A DNA stretch of 64,000 bases, from positions 11,145-75,144 of the forward strand of contig VXWI01000115.1 of assembly GCA_009835985.1 (NCBI GenBank), given 5' to 3'. Made by a program: the position numbers and the translations under genes. Positions within the stretch are counted from its first letter, which is position 1, and the number at the start of each line of letters is the position of its first letter. Positions 38,841-50,038 of the stretch are shown piece after piece. Source of the DNA: Acidobacteriota bacterium (GTDB taxonomy: Bacteria; Acidobacteriota; Vicinamibacteria; Marinacidobacterales; Marinacidobacteraceae). The notes beneath the pieces are model-generated. The model saw only the letters and a program-made list of their open reading frames with translations, ran no database searches and was not told the DNA's origin.

Positions 38841-39938
38841 CTAAAGGCCCCCTTCGCAGACCCCGTCCTCGATGTCGAGGATCATGTCCTCGACGTCCGC
38901 GGCCCGCGAGTCGCCTCCGGCCAGGCGCATGAACGCCCTGAAGTAGCGCTCTGCGGTGTTGCACTGGCCGCGATTGAAGGCGATCACGCCGAGGGAGTAG
39001 TTCGCATCCCGGGCGTTCGGGTTGTTGGGGTCCGCCTGGAGCGCCGCGCCGTAGTGGCGCATCATGCCGTTCTCATCGGTGCTGCGTCCCGCGATGAACC
39101 CGAGCATCCAATGGACCTCGGTGGCGTACTGCCCTTCCGGCGCCGCTTCGAGATACTTGTTCAACCGCTCGGCAGCCGAGTCGAACTCCTGGGCGTTGTA
39201 GGCGAGTTGGCCGGCCAGGAAGAGAACCTGCGGCAACTGCGGGATGTCCGGGTTCAGGGCGATCACGGCTGCGAAGGACTCTTCGGCGCCCGCATCGTCG
39301 TCCTCCTGCAGCAGCGCGTACCCAAGCCGGAAATACGCCTCCGCGTCCGTCGGATCGGCTTCGGCGACCTGCCGCAGCAGGGGGATCGCGGCCGCGCGGT
39401 CACCCATCTCGCTCTTGGCGATCGCGACGTTGCGGCGCGCCATGGTGATCTGCTCGCCGAGCTGGGCGGCCATCTCCGGATTCGCATCGGCGGCAGCGAG
39501 GAACTCCTCGAAGGAACCGATGGCCTCGGTCGCGCTTCCCGTCCCCTGATGGGCGAAGCCCAGGAAGAGGTGGGCGACGAAGAAGTCGGGAGTCGTGGCG
39601 AGGATTGCCGGGCAGGCGGTGAGGGTCGTGTCCCAGGCGCCGGACTGCGCCGACTCGACGCACTGCTGCTGGTTCTGGTAGTTGATCGTGGTGTGGGCGT
39701 ACTCCACGTTCTGCTGGTAGAACTCGTACGCAGGATCGCTCTCGTCGTGGGTGGAGAGCAGCGGCTCACAGGCCGCGATGACGTCTTCCCAGACCTGGCT
39801 CTCGATGGCCGCCTCGCAAACTTCGCCCGGATCCTCCTGCAACAGCGCTGGCGGAGCGGCGGCGGAAAGCGCGAGAGCGGGGAAGGCGAGCGTTGCAACG
39901 AGCAGAAGCGGGAGTCCGATGTTGCTCCGGAGTGACAT
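38841..39938 (-). CDS. Secreted TPR-repeat protein, paralogue 1 of 3.
   Basis: GAGGAGG RBS. Signal peptide MSLRSNIGLPLLLVATLAFPALALSAA. TPR-like helices. Conserved Cys pairs near the N-terminus and a C-terminal ...GVCEGGL. Confidence 0.7.
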   Translation of the reverse strand: MSLRSNIGLPLLLVATLAFPALALSAAAPPALLQEDPGEVCEAAIESQVWEDVIAACEPLLSTHDESDPAYEFYQQNVEYAHTTINYQNQQQCVESAQSGAWDTTLTACPAILATTPDFFVAHLFLGFAHQGTGSATEAIGSFEEFLAAADANPEMAAQLGEQITMARRNVAIAKSEMGDRAAAIPLLRQVAEADPTDAEAYFRLGYALLQEDDDAGAEESFAAVIALNPDIPQLPQVLFLAGQLAYNAQEFDSAAERLNKYLEAAPEGQYATEVHWMLGFIAGRSTDENGMMRHYGAALQADPNNPNARDANYSLGVIAFNRGQCNTAERYFRAFMRLAGGDSRAADVEDMILDIEDGVCEGGL

Positions 39939-40150
39939 GACAAAACCTCCTCGAGGGCGGGCAGGGTGCGACGGCCGGTGAGCGCGGGCCATACCCCCAT
40001 GGTCCCCGTCCCCATTACGGGAACGAAGCAGCCTAGCACAGGCAACGGATGGTGGTGTAAAGGCGAACACAGCGATGGAAAGGCGGGTTGATACTGCAGA
40101 TTCGGAGCCCGCCAGGAACGCCTTCAGGCGGGCCCGCGGGGGTGCCGGGC

Positions 40151-41206
40151 TCAGCCGCCCTCGCAGCCGCCTTCCGCGATCGATGCGAGGATCTCGGTCA
40201 CCTGGGCGGCGTTCGCATGGTCGGGCGCCAGCTCCATGAACGTCTGGTAGTGGGTCTCGGCGTTTCCGCAGTCGTCGCGGTTATAGAAGATGGTGCCGAG
40301 GGCGAAGTTGGCGTCCACGATCCGCGGGTCCCCCGCCGCCGATCCGGAGAGGAAACCCTGGTAGTGGGTGACGGCCCGGTCCTCGTCCGAGCCCTGGAGC
40401 GCCTGCGCCAGCATGAAGTGCGCGTCCGGGACGCCCCGGTCCCCTCCGGCATTCGCCAGGTAGGCGGTCAGCCGGGCGTCGGCCCTGGCGTAGTCGCCGG
40501 CGTTGTAGTTGAGCTGGCCGGCGAGGAACAGGACGCTGGCGATCGGGTTCGGAGCGTTGTCGATCACGACGGAAAACGCCCGCTCGGCGCCCGCGCTATC
40601 GCCCGTCGACAGGAGGGCGACTGCGAGCCGGTAGTGCACCTCAACGTCGGTCCCGCTCGCTCGGGAAGCCGCCTGCAGCAGGGGAATGGCGTCCTGCAGC
40701 GCGCCCGCCCGCGCGTACGCGATGCCGCCGGAGCGCTGGGCGGTGGCGACCTGGTCCGAGAGCTGCGACGCTGCCTCGGAGTTTCCCCGGACTCCATTCA
40801 GGAAGGCGGCGAAATTGACCGCGGTGTTCGCCCAGTCCTCTTTCGTCTGGTGAGCGACGCCGAGGAAGTAGTTCATGATGAACGCCCCGGGGTTCGCCTC
40901 GACCGCCATCTGGCAGTAGGCGATCACGCTGTCCCACTGCTGCGCTTCGAACGCCGGTTGGCACTGGAGGCTGTAGGCGTAGTTCACGGTCTGCGCCCAG
41001 TGGGCGTAGTACGGATGGTCTTCCGGAAGTACCTCGAGTACCTCGGGACACGCCGCCAGGACCTGTTCGTAGTTGGCGCCGTCCACCGCCTGCATGCAGG
41101 CGGCGGCCTTCTGCGGGTCCACATCCTGGGCCGTCGCCTCCTGGGCGCTTCCCATGAGTGCGCCGAATGCGGCGGCTACCGACAGGGCGAGGAATCGGGT
41201 AGGCAT
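40151..41206 (-). CDS. Secreted TPR-repeat protein, paralogue 2 of 3.
   Basis: Signal peptide MPTRFLALSVAAAFGALMGSAQEATA. Same architecture as paralogue 1 (C-terminal ...GGCEGG; shared blocks FLAGQLNYNAGDY, HYQ.F..). Confidence 0.7.
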   Translation of the reverse strand: MPTRFLALSVAAAFGALMGSAQEATAQDVDPQKAAACMQAVDGANYEQVLAACPEVLEVLPEDHPYYAHWAQTVNYAYSLQCQPAFEAQQWDSVIAYCQMAVEANPGAFIMNYFLGVAHQTKEDWANTAVNFAAFLNGVRGNSEAASQLSDQVATAQRSGGIAYARAGALQDAIPLLQAASRASGTDVEVHYRLAVALLSTGDSAGAERAFSVVIDNAPNPIASVLFLAGQLNYNAGDYARADARLTAYLANAGGDRGVPDAHFMLAQALQGSDEDRAVTHYQGFLSGSAAGDPRIVDANFALGTIFYNRDDCGNAETHYQTFMELAPDHANAAQVTEILASIAEGGCEGG

Positions 41207-41292
41207 GACGAATGTCTCCTTGACGGGATGACCGGACGCCCCGTGGCGCGCGCTCTGATGAAGGCGGTCGCGGCCCGTGCGAACGGGGGAAA

Positions 41293-42249
41293 CTAGCATA
41301 GCCCTCGGGGATTCAGCGAATTCCCGGCGGGGGCCGGACACGGCGCGAAACCCTCCTCCAGGTAGCGCCGGACCTCGGAAGCGCGTTCGTGGTCCGGCGC
41401 GATCCGCAGGAAGTCCTCGTAGTGCCGGCGGGCCTGATCGCAGGCCTCCCGGTCGGCCGCGATGGTGCCGAGGAAGTAGTGCGCGACCGCAGCGCGGGGA
41501 CTCTCCGGTTCGACCGCGAGGAGCGCGGCGAAGTGGTTCCGCGCCTCGTCGTCGGCGCCGGGGTCCGCCGTCTCGGACTCCGACCTCCTCAGCGCGATGG
41601 AGCCGGCCATCCAGTGCGCGTCGGCGGCGAAGGGTCCCGCGGGCGCCGCTTCCAGATAGCGGGTGAGGTGGGCGCCCGCCGCTTCGTAGTCCCCCGTTTC
41701 GTAGCGGAGCTGCCCGGCGAAGAAGAGCGCCTGGCTGATCTGGGGGGCTTCCCGGATCACGACCGAAAAGGCCGCCTCCGCCGCCTCGCCGTCACCCCGC
41801 CGCATCAGGCCGACCCCGAGAAGGAAGTGGACCTCGGCGTCGGCCGGATCCGCTTCCGCGGTCCGGTGGAGGAAAGGGAGTGCGGCCTCGAGGTCTCCCG
41901 CGCGGAACCACGCCAGCCCGGCGCTCCGCGCTGCGATCCCGAGTTGCTCGTCCGGTCGCGGAACGTCCTCGGGCAGGTCCTCGACCGCGGCGAGGAAGGA
42001 CTGGAACGCGGCGCCGGCCTCGGTCCATTCCTGCCTCGCCTGGTAGGCGAAACCCAGGAAGTAGTGGATGCCGTAGGTGTCGGGGGATTCCCGGATCGCT
42101 TCCTCGCAGACTGTGACGGCGGCGTCCCAGTCGGACGCCTGCGCGGCTGCCTCGCACTCCCCAACGGCGTCCGAGTCCGGCTGCGCCGGCTGCGCGAACA
42201 GGGGACCCGCCGCGAGGAGGCACGCGGTGCTCCACCCGGGAAGCGCCAT
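41293..42249 (-). CDS. Secreted TPR-repeat protein, paralogue 3 of 3.
   Basis: Signal peptide MALPGWSTACLLAAGPLFAQP. Shared blocks (ALFFAGQLRYETGDYEAAGAHLTRYLEAAP; HYFLGTIAADREACDQARRHYEDFLRIAPDHE) with paralogues 1 and 2. Confidence 0.7.
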   Translation of the reverse strand: MALPGWSTACLLAAGPLFAQPAQPDSDAVGECEAAAQASDWDAAVTVCEEAIRESPDTYGIHYFLGFAYQARQEWTEAGAAFQSFLAAVEDLPEDVPRPDEQLGIAARSAGLAWFRAGDLEAALPFLHRTAEADPADAEVHFLLGVGLMRRGDGEAAEAAFSVVIREAPQISQALFFAGQLRYETGDYEAAGAHLTRYLEAAPAGPFAADAHWMAGSIALRRSESETADPGADDEARNHFAALLAVEPESPRAAVAHYFLGTIAADREACDQARRHYEDFLRIAPDHERASEVRRYLEEGFAPCPAPAGNSLNPRGLC

Positions 42250-42283
42250 GAGACCGCCGCCCAAACGACGGCGGGGCTGGCTC

Positions 42284-42628
42284 CTAGCGAGCCCGCGATT
42301 CACTGGAGGACGAGGAGGTCTTACCGCTGCTTGCCGTTGCCGGCTTGGCTCCCGAACCCTCCTTCCCCTGCGGCTTTCCGGAGTCCGATTTCTCCGGTCC
42401 GCCCTTTGCCGCCGATCCGTTCTTCCCGCCCGCAGCCTTGTCGCCGTTCTTCCTCGCGTAGTCGGTCACGTACCAGCCGCTTCCCAGGAACTGGATGGCC
42501 GGGCTGGAGACGATCCGGCGGGCGGCTCCGCCGCAGAGCCGGCAGACGTCGAGCGGCGCGTCACTGATGCGCTGGATGGCCTCGAACACCTGATCGCAGT
42601 CGTCGCAGCGGTATTCGTAGATGGGCAT
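42284..42628 (-). CDS. FmdB-family zinc-ribbon protein with Lys/Gly/Ser-rich tail.
   Basis: MPIYEYRCDDCDQVFEAIQRISDAPLDVCRLCGG matches the CxxC-N17-CxxC FmdB zinc ribbon. Confidence 0.7.
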   Translation of the reverse strand: MPIYEYRCDDCDQVFEAIQRISDAPLDVCRLCGGAARRIVSSPAIQFLGSGWYVTDYARKNGDKAAGGKNGSAAKGGPEKSDSGKPQGKEGSGAKPATASSGKTSSSSSESRAR

Positions 42629-42689
42629 GGGTCTCCGGAGCGCCGGGGCGGGGAGTGTAGCGAAGAAACGCCGGCCCGTTCGGCGCGCC

Positions 42690-44264
42690 CTACGGCGTCA
42701 CGGGAGGGGTGGTTGGCGGCGGTTTCCGGTGACCGGTCGCCTGCTCGTAGGCGTACGAGATCCGGAACAGCGCGCCCTCGCCGAGGGCGTTCCCCAGGAG
42801 CTGGAGTCCACCCGGAAGTCCTGACGGAGTGAAGCCCATGGGAACGGTGACCGCCGGAAACCCGGTGGGAGGGGAGAGCTGGGGCGAGTTGTTTCCGTCG
42901 GGCGTGGTCAGGTCGCCCAGGAGCCGCGGGGGGTTGCTCCAGGTGGGGAAGGCAAGCGCGTCGAGGTCCTCGGCTTCGAACAGGCCCCCGACCTCGGCCC
43001 GCAGTTCACCGGCGCGCCGGTTCGCTTCGGCGCAGACGTCGTCCGGCTCGCCTTCGACTTCGAGGGCGGTCTCGAGTCGTGGCCGGATCGACGGGTGGAA
43101 GTCGCCGCCCTCCACCAGGTCCTCGAGCGTCGTCACCGGGGCGTTCGGTCCCAGGCTTGCCAGATAGGCCTCGAGCTGGGCGCGGAAGGGGTTGCACCAC
43201 AGCGATCCCTCGGCTTCGAGCCCCTCGATCCGCACCGGGTCCACGACGGTGACCCCCAGCGCCTCGAGTTCGGCGAGGGCCGCTTCGAAGAGCGCCGAGA
43301 TGTCGGCATCCGCGGTCTCGGTGTCGCTGAGCTGGCGGACGACACCGATCCGGAACTCGGTGAGCGGGCCCGCGTCGAGGTACTGGAGGTAGTCGCCCTC
43401 GCGCTCGAACCCCTCCGTCGCCTCGTCGGCTGGGTCCGGCCCCGCCAGCACGTCGAAGATCCGCACGCCGTCTTCCACGGTGCGCGCCATCGGGCCGCCG
43501 ATGTCCCGGAAGAGATTGAGCGGCACGATCCCGTCGCGACTCGTCAGGCCCATCGTGGACCGGATGCCGAAGAGGGCGTTGTGGGACGAAGGCCCGCGGA
43601 TGGAGTTGCCGGTGTCCGTCCCGAGGCCCACGGCCCCGAAGCTCGCGGCCACCGCGGCTCCGGTGCCTCCGGAGGATCCCGCGGGTACCCGATAGGGGTC
43701 GTAGGGATTCCTGACGTGACCCGGAATGACCGAGCCGAGGCTCTGATAGGCGCTGAAGGCGAACTCGGCCATGTGGGACTTGGCAAGCACGATGGCGCCC
43801 GCTTCCCGGACCCGCTGCACCTGGAAGGCGTCATCCGGCGGGATCGAGTCCGCGAGCGACGCCGATCCGGCGCTCGTGGGAAGGTCCGCGGTGTCGTAGT
43901 TGTCCTTCACGATCATCGGGACGCACTCGAGCGGCCGGTCCGGGCTGAGCCCGGAACCCGCGAGGCGCACGTCGGCTTCGGCGGCCCGCTCCATCGCCCG
44001 CGGATTGACCGTGACGATCGCGTGGAGGGCCGGGCCCTCCCGGTCGTAGGCCTCGATCCGGGCCAGGTAGGCCGCGACCAACTCCGCGCAGGTGAAGTCG
44101 CCGGCCTGAAGACCCCGGTGGATCCCGGCAATATCGAGTTCCACCACCTCGAGACCGGCTGCCGCTTCCGGCGCCGGATCGCCGCAACCGATCATCGCGA
44201 TCGACCCGAGGGTGACCAGGGCGATGCCGCCTTGTTTCCCGACCTTCTCCAATGTCCCGAACAT
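42690..44264 (-). CDS. Amidase-signature family lipoprotein; paralogue of the 28895-30505 amidase.
   Basis: Lipobox LVTLGSIAMIGCG. Amidase-signature block GGSSGGTGAAVAASFGAVGLGTDTGNSIRGP; PMIVKDNYDT. 524 aa. Confidence 0.85.
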   Translation of the reverse strand: MFGTLEKVGKQGGIALVTLGSIAMIGCGDPAPEAAAGLEVVELDIAGIHRGLQAGDFTCAELVAAYLARIEAYDREGPALHAIVTVNPRAMERAAEADVRLAGSGLSPDRPLECVPMIVKDNYDTADLPTSAGSASLADSIPPDDAFQVQRVREAGAIVLAKSHMAEFAFSAYQSLGSVIPGHVRNPYDPYRVPAGSSGGTGAAVAASFGAVGLGTDTGNSIRGPSSHNALFGIRSTMGLTSRDGIVPLNLFRDIGGPMARTVEDGVRIFDVLAGPDPADEATEGFEREGDYLQYLDAGPLTEFRIGVVRQLSDTETADADISALFEAALAELEALGVTVVDPVRIEGLEAEGSLWCNPFRAQLEAYLASLGPNAPVTTLEDLVEGGDFHPSIRPRLETALEVEGEPDDVCAEANRRAGELRAEVGGLFEAEDLDALAFPTWSNPPRLLGDLTTPDGNNSPQLSPPTGFPAVTVPMGFTPSGLPGGLQLLGNALGEGALFRISYAYEQATGHRKPPPTTPPVTP

Positions 44265-44328
44265 GATCCGATTCTATGCGTCCCCTCCGGCATCACGGTC
44301 TTCGCGGGCTGCTAATATCCCGCGCCCC

Positions 44329-44433
44329 ATGACGCTCAGCGAGTCAGCCCGGTCGCGCCAGTCCCGGCAATGGCTGTGGCGATGGCGATTTTGCATTAGG
44401 CCGGGCTCGTCTCGCGTCCGTTCGATCCACTGA
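44329..44433 (+). CDS. Candidate trp-operon leader peptide (34 aa) containing W-L-W-R-W.
   Basis: ATG 44329 ... TGA 44431-44433 gives MTLSESARSRQSRQWLWRWRFCIRPGSSRVRSIH. Three TGG codons fall within five codons, about 135 nt upstream of trpD on the same strand. GC-rich hairpins follow (gggaggcg-N13-cgcctcc). Confidence 0.3.
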   Translation: MTLSESARSRQSRQWLWRWRFCIRPGSSRVRSIH

Positions 44434-44569
44434 TTGCGGCGGGAGGCGGCCCGACCCGGGACGCCTCCGGACGACGGCGCGAGAGGGTGCTTGAGGGCGC
44501 CCGCCAAGGCTTCGAGGTTCCCGGTTCGGGACGCGCTGACCGTCACTCACCCACCAAGGAGCCACCACC

Positions 44570-45601
44570 GTGATCGCCCCCCTCCTCGAAACCCTGCTCT
44601 CCGGCGAGGCCGCCGACTCCGGCGCGCTGGAGACCGCTCTCCACCGGATCCTGGCCGGAGAGAGCGACGTCGCCCAGACGGCGGGACTGCTCGTCGCCCT
44701 CAGGATCAACGAGCCCGACGCCGCCACGCTGGCCGCGTGCGCCCGCGCGCTCCGGGGTCACCGGAAGGCCGTCATGTCGCAGGTGCGGCCGCTGGTGGAC
44801 ACCTGCGGAACCGGTGGCGACAAGAGCGGCACCTTCAACATCTCGACGGCCTCGGCGCTCGTGGTCGCGGCCGCCGGCGGTGCGGTCGCCAAACACGGCA
44901 ACCGCAGCGTGTCGTCCATCACCGGCAGCGCCGACGTACTGGAAGCCTGCGGAGCGCCGCTCCACCTCGAGCCCGGTCAGGCGTCCCGGATTCTGGATTC
45001 CACGGGTTTCGTTTTCCTCTTCGCTCCCGCCTTCCACCCCGCCATGGCCCACGTCGGGCCGGCGCGCCGGGCGCTCGGGATCCGCACGCTCTTCAACGTC
45101 CTCGGCCCGCTCGCGAATCCGGCGCTCGCGGATCGTCAGCTGATCGGTGTCTACGACCCGGCCCTGACGGAGACCGTCGCGGGTGCGCTCGCCGAACTCG
45201 GGTCCGCCTCGGCGCTCGTCGTGCACTGCGAGGGGCTGGACGAGATCGGTCTCCACGCCACCACCCGCGGACACGCCCTCAAGGACGGAGAGGTGTCGCC
45301 GGTCGAGATCCGGGTCTCCGAACTCGGACTCCGCGAAGCCTCGATCGAGGACCTGCGGGGTGGCGCCACCTCGCAGAACGCGGAGATCCTGCGCGCCGTG
45401 CTCTCCGGAGAGGAAGAAGGTCCGAAGCGGGACGTGGTCGCCGCGAACGCCGGCGCCGCGCTCACCGTGGCCGGCCTCGCGCCGGACCTGCAGGCCGGCT
45501 TGAAGACCGCGCTGGAGACCCTGGCGTCAGGCCGCGCGCTGCGCACGCTGGAACGCTACGTGGAGACCAGCATGCGGATGACGGGGATGAATGTCGCATG
45601 A
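44570..45601 (+). CDS. trpD: Anthranilate phosphoribosyltransferase.
   Basis: GTG start after aaggag. MIAPLLETLL..., GTGGDKSGTFNISTASALVVAAAG, KHGNRSVSS. Confidence 0.9.
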   Translation: MIAPLLETLLSGEAADSGALETALHRILAGESDVAQTAGLLVALRINEPDAATLAACARALRGHRKAVMSQVRPLVDTCGTGGDKSGTFNISTASALVVAAAGGAVAKHGNRSVSSITGSADVLEACGAPLHLEPGQASRILDSTGFVFLFAPAFHPAMAHVGPARRALGIRTLFNVLGPLANPALADRQLIGVYDPALTETVAGALAELGSASALVVHCEGLDEIGLHATTRGHALKDGEVSPVEIRVSELGLREASIEDLRGGATSQNAEILRAVLSGEEEGPKRDVVAANAGAALTVAGLAPDLQAGLKTALETLASGRALRTLERYVETSMRMTGMNVA

Positions 45602-46374
45602 CCGATCGGGTACTCGAGCGGCTCGTCCGGGCCGCCGAGGCGCGAGCCGAACGACTCGCCGCCGGTCCGGCGCCCGGCGCGCCTGAGCGGCCAGCCCCTT
45701 GCTTCCACACGGCGATCGGCGGGCGGGACGCGCTATCGGTCATCGCCGAGTTCAAACGGAAGAGTCCAAGCGCCGGGGCGATCCGCGACGACGATCCCGG
45801 GGCCCGGGCGCTGGCGTACCGGGAGGCCGGCGCCTCGGCCGTCTCCGTGCTGACCGACCCGGATGCGTTCGGGGGATCTCTGGACGACCTGTCGGCGGCT
45901 TCCGCGGCCGCAGGCCTGCCCATCCTCATGAAGGACTTCATCGTGGACCCGGCGCAGATCCGGGCGGGTTGGGCGGCGGGTGCGTCCGCGGTGCTGCTGA
46001 TCGTCCGCTGCCTGGACGACGCCCGGCTTCGCCAGCTCCATCGGGAGGCGCGGTCGCTCGGGCTCGACGCCCTGGTCGAGGTGCACGACGCGGCGGAGCT
46101 GGATCGCGCCCTTGCGCTCGAGGACGCCATCGTGGGGATCAACAACCGGGACCTGGACACGCTGCGGACGGACCGCGGGCGCGTTCGCGACCTCCTTCCC
46201 CAGGTCCCTTCCGGACGGATCGCGGTCGCCGAGAGCGGATACCTGGAGCCGGAACATCTGACGGAGTTGCGGGGGCGGGCGGACGCGGTGCTCATCGGGA
46301 CGGCGTTGATGCGCGCCGCCGATCCCTCGGCATTCCTCCGGGCCGCGACCGAACCCGTACCGGCCGGCGTCTGA
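45598..46374 (+). CDS. trpC: Indole-3-glycerol phosphate synthase.
   Basis: IAEFKRKSPSAGAI...ASAVSVLTD...GSLDDL, ILMKDFIVDPAQI, GINNRDLDTL. ATGA overlap with the trpD stop. Confidence 0.9.
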   Translation: MTDRVLERLVRAAEARAERLAAGPAPGAPERPAPCFHTAIGGRDALSVIAEFKRKSPSAGAIRDDDPGARALAYREAGASAVSVLTDPDAFGGSLDDLSAASAAAGLPILMKDFIVDPAQIRAGWAAGASAVLLIVRCLDDARLRQLHREARSLGLDALVEVHDAAELDRALALEDAIVGINNRDLDTLRTDRGRVRDLLPQVPSGRIAVAESGYLEPEHLTELRGRADAVLIGTALMRAADPSAFLRAATEPVPAGV

Positions 46375-46386
46375 CCGGCGCGCGTC

Positions 46387-47006
46387 GTGGAGATCAAGAT
46401 CTGCGGCCTCCGCCGCCCGGAGGACGCCCGCCTGGCCGTGCGGCTCGGGGCGCAGTGGATCGGGGTGGTCCGGGCTCCCGACTCCCCGCGCTCGGCAACG
46501 CTCGACGAAGCCCGGCAGGTAATCGCGGCCGCCAGGGAGGTCGATCCGGAGGTGCGCCCGGTGCTCGCGACCGGGAGGCGCACGCGCGACGAGGTCGCCT
46601 CGGACGCGTTTGCGCTGGGGGTGGAACGGGTCCAGCCGCACGGTCTCTCCGAAGCCGGGATCCGAACGCTGACACAAGCCGGCCTGATCGTTCACCGGGT
46701 CGTGACCGTGCCCGAATCCGCGGCCCGGCTTCCGGACTTCGAATCCCCCGCGGAGGATGCCGCGCCGCTCGTATTCGATGTGGGAGGGGGAGGCAGCGGC
46801 CGCGCCTTCGACTGGTGCATTCTGGGGGAGCGGGCTCCGGAACGGGCGTTCATCGCCGGCGGGTTGCGGCCCGAGAACATCGAACGGCTGCTCCCCTACC
46901 GGCCGTGGGGCGTGGATGTCTCGAGCGGGATCGAGTCGTCCCCCGGAGTCAAGGATCCGGAGCGGCTGCAGCGGTTCTTCGACCTGGTGCGGCCGCTGGC
47001 CGTGTC

Positions 47007-47010
<4 letters not shown>
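46387..47010 (+). CDS. trpF: Phosphoribosylanthranilate isomerase.
   Basis: VEIKICGLRRPEDARLAVRLGAQWIGVV..., FIAGGLRPENI. ATGA overlap with the trpB start. Confidence 0.85.
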
Positions 47011-48214
<1,204 letters not shown>

Positions 48215-48218
<4 letters not shown>

Positions 48219-49012
48219 GCCACTCGGCGCTCAGCGCGGTGCTCGCGGACGGCCCGGCCGTCTCACCCTGCCTGGTCCTGGGAGACCCCACCCCGGATCT
48301 GTCGGTCGAAATGGCGCGTGCCGCGGTCGGCGCGGGCGCGCGACTGCTCGAGATCGAATTCCCCTACAGCGATCCGGTGGCCGACGGGCCGGCGATCCAG
48401 GCGGCGGTCCAGCGGTCTCTGGCAGGCGGGACTTCGACCAGCCGGGCGTTCGAGTTGCTGGGGCGGATCGCGGAAACCTGTCCCGGGACGCCGCTGAACC
48501 TCCTGGTCTATGGGAATCTCGTCCACCGGATCGGATACGAATGTTTCGCGGAGCGGGCCGTCGCCGCCGGAGCTTCCACGCTCCTGGTGACCGACATTCC
48601 GCTGGAGGAGTCCGTGCCGCTGCGGCGGGCGTGCCGCCGCGCCGGATTGGGTCACGTGGAACTTGCCGGTCCGCTGACTCCCGCCGCCCGCCTTCAAAGG
48701 CTCGCCGCAGTGTCCTCCTTCGTTTACCTGGCCGGATTCCAGGGCGTGACGGGAGTGCGCCGCGGTGGTTTCGATGCCATGCTTCACCGCGTCGCGGAAG
48801 TAGCCGAGATCGTGGACGTTCCTCTCTGCCTTGGATTCGGGCTCTCTGAAAGGAGCCAGATCGTTCGCGCCTTCGGGGCCGGCGCCGGCATCGCGGTCGT
48901 CGGGAGCCATCTCGTGCGGGTGGTCGGCGACCTCTACCGCACTCCGTCTGATGCGGATCGCCTGCTCTCGGGTTACGGAGCCGCCGTGCGCCGGCTCATC
49001 TCGAACGGGTAG
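48215..49012 (+). CDS. trpA: Tryptophan synthase alpha chain.
   Basis: LLEIEFPYSDPVADGPAIQ, GYECF, FVYLAGFQGVTG. ATGA overlap with the trpB stop. Confidence 0.9.
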
Positions 49013-49032
49013 GGAAGCGAAAGGGACGAACC

Positions 49033-50037
49033 ATGCTGGTCATCATGGGGACGAACCCCACCGAAGAACAATGCGGGCGGGTGGAGACCGCGATCCGTGA
49101 CATGGGTTTCACTCCGCTCCGGGTGCCGGGCGCCGACCGGACCGCGATCTGCGTCACCGGGAACCGGGGGCCGGTGGACCCCTCGTTCCTGATCCGGCTC
49201 CCCGGGGTCGCCCGCTGCATTCCGGTCACCAAGCCGTTCAAGCTGGTCAGCCGCGAGGTCCATCCGGCGGAGACGGTCGTCGAGATCGGCGGGGTGCCGG
49301 TGGGGGGGCCGGAACCCATCGTGATCGCCGGGCCGGGCAGCGTCGAGACCGAGGCCAGGACCCTGGACATCGCCCGTGCGGTGAAGAAGGCGGGCGCTCA
49401 CGCTTTCCGCGCGCGCCTGTGGGCGGAGCGGGTCGGTCCGTATCACTTCGGCGGGGTCGGCGACGAAGGGCTGCACACCCTCGACCGCGTGCGCGAGGAG
49501 ACCGGGCTCCCGGTGATCACGGAGGTCATCGATCCGCGGTCGGCGGAGCAGGTCGCGGAACGCGTCGACTGCGTCCAGATCGCGGCCCGCCACATGGAGA
49601 ACGAAGCGCTTCTGGACGTGGCGTGCCGCCTCGGGAAGCCGGTGATCGTGGAACGCGCGCCGTCGGCGAGCGTCGAGGAGTGGCTGATGGCGGCGGAGTC
49701 CCTGCTGGCCCGGGAGAAGCGGGACGTGATCCTGTGCGAACGGGGAATCCGCACCGGCGGCCAAAGGCGAACTCTGCTTGACCTGCACGTCGTGCCGGTG
49801 GTGCGGCGCATGACCCACCTGCCCGTCCTGGTGGACCCGTCGCGGGCCGTCGAGGAACGGGACCGCGTCCGGCCGCTGGCCCGCGCCGCCCTGGGCGCCG
49901 GCGCTTCGGGCCTGCTGCTCGAGGTACACACACACCCCGACACCGCCTATACCGACCCGATGCAGACGGTGGACATTCCGACCTTCGAGGGCATCCAGCG
50001 CGACCTCGTCAAGATCGGCGAGTTCGAGGCGCTATAA
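49033..50037 (+). CDS. aroF: 3-deoxy-D-arabino-heptulosonate 7-phosphate synthase (type I-beta, Thermotoga-like, with N-terminal regulatory domain).
   Basis: N-terminal ferredoxin-like domain followed by a KDO8P/DAHP synthase barrel (IAGPCSVETEA-like IAGPGSVETEA, RAGAHAFRARLW, PVITEVIDP, LLEVHTHPD). Confidence 0.85.
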   Translation: MLVIMGTNPTEEQCGRVETAIRDMGFTPLRVPGADRTAICVTGNRGPVDPSFLIRLPGVARCIPVTKPFKLVSREVHPAETVVEIGGVPVGGPEPIVIAGPGSVETEARTLDIARAVKKAGAHAFRARLWAERVGPYHFGGVGDEGLHTLDRVREETGLPVITEVIDPRSAEQVAERVDCVQIAARHMENEALLDVACRLGKPVIVERAPSASVEEWLMAAESLLAREKRDVILCERGIRTGGQRRTLLDLHVVPVVRRMTHLPVLVDPSRAVEERDRVRPLARAALGAGASGLLLEVHTHPDTAYTDPMQTVDIPTFEGIQRDLVKIGEFEAL

Positions 50038-50038
50038 A

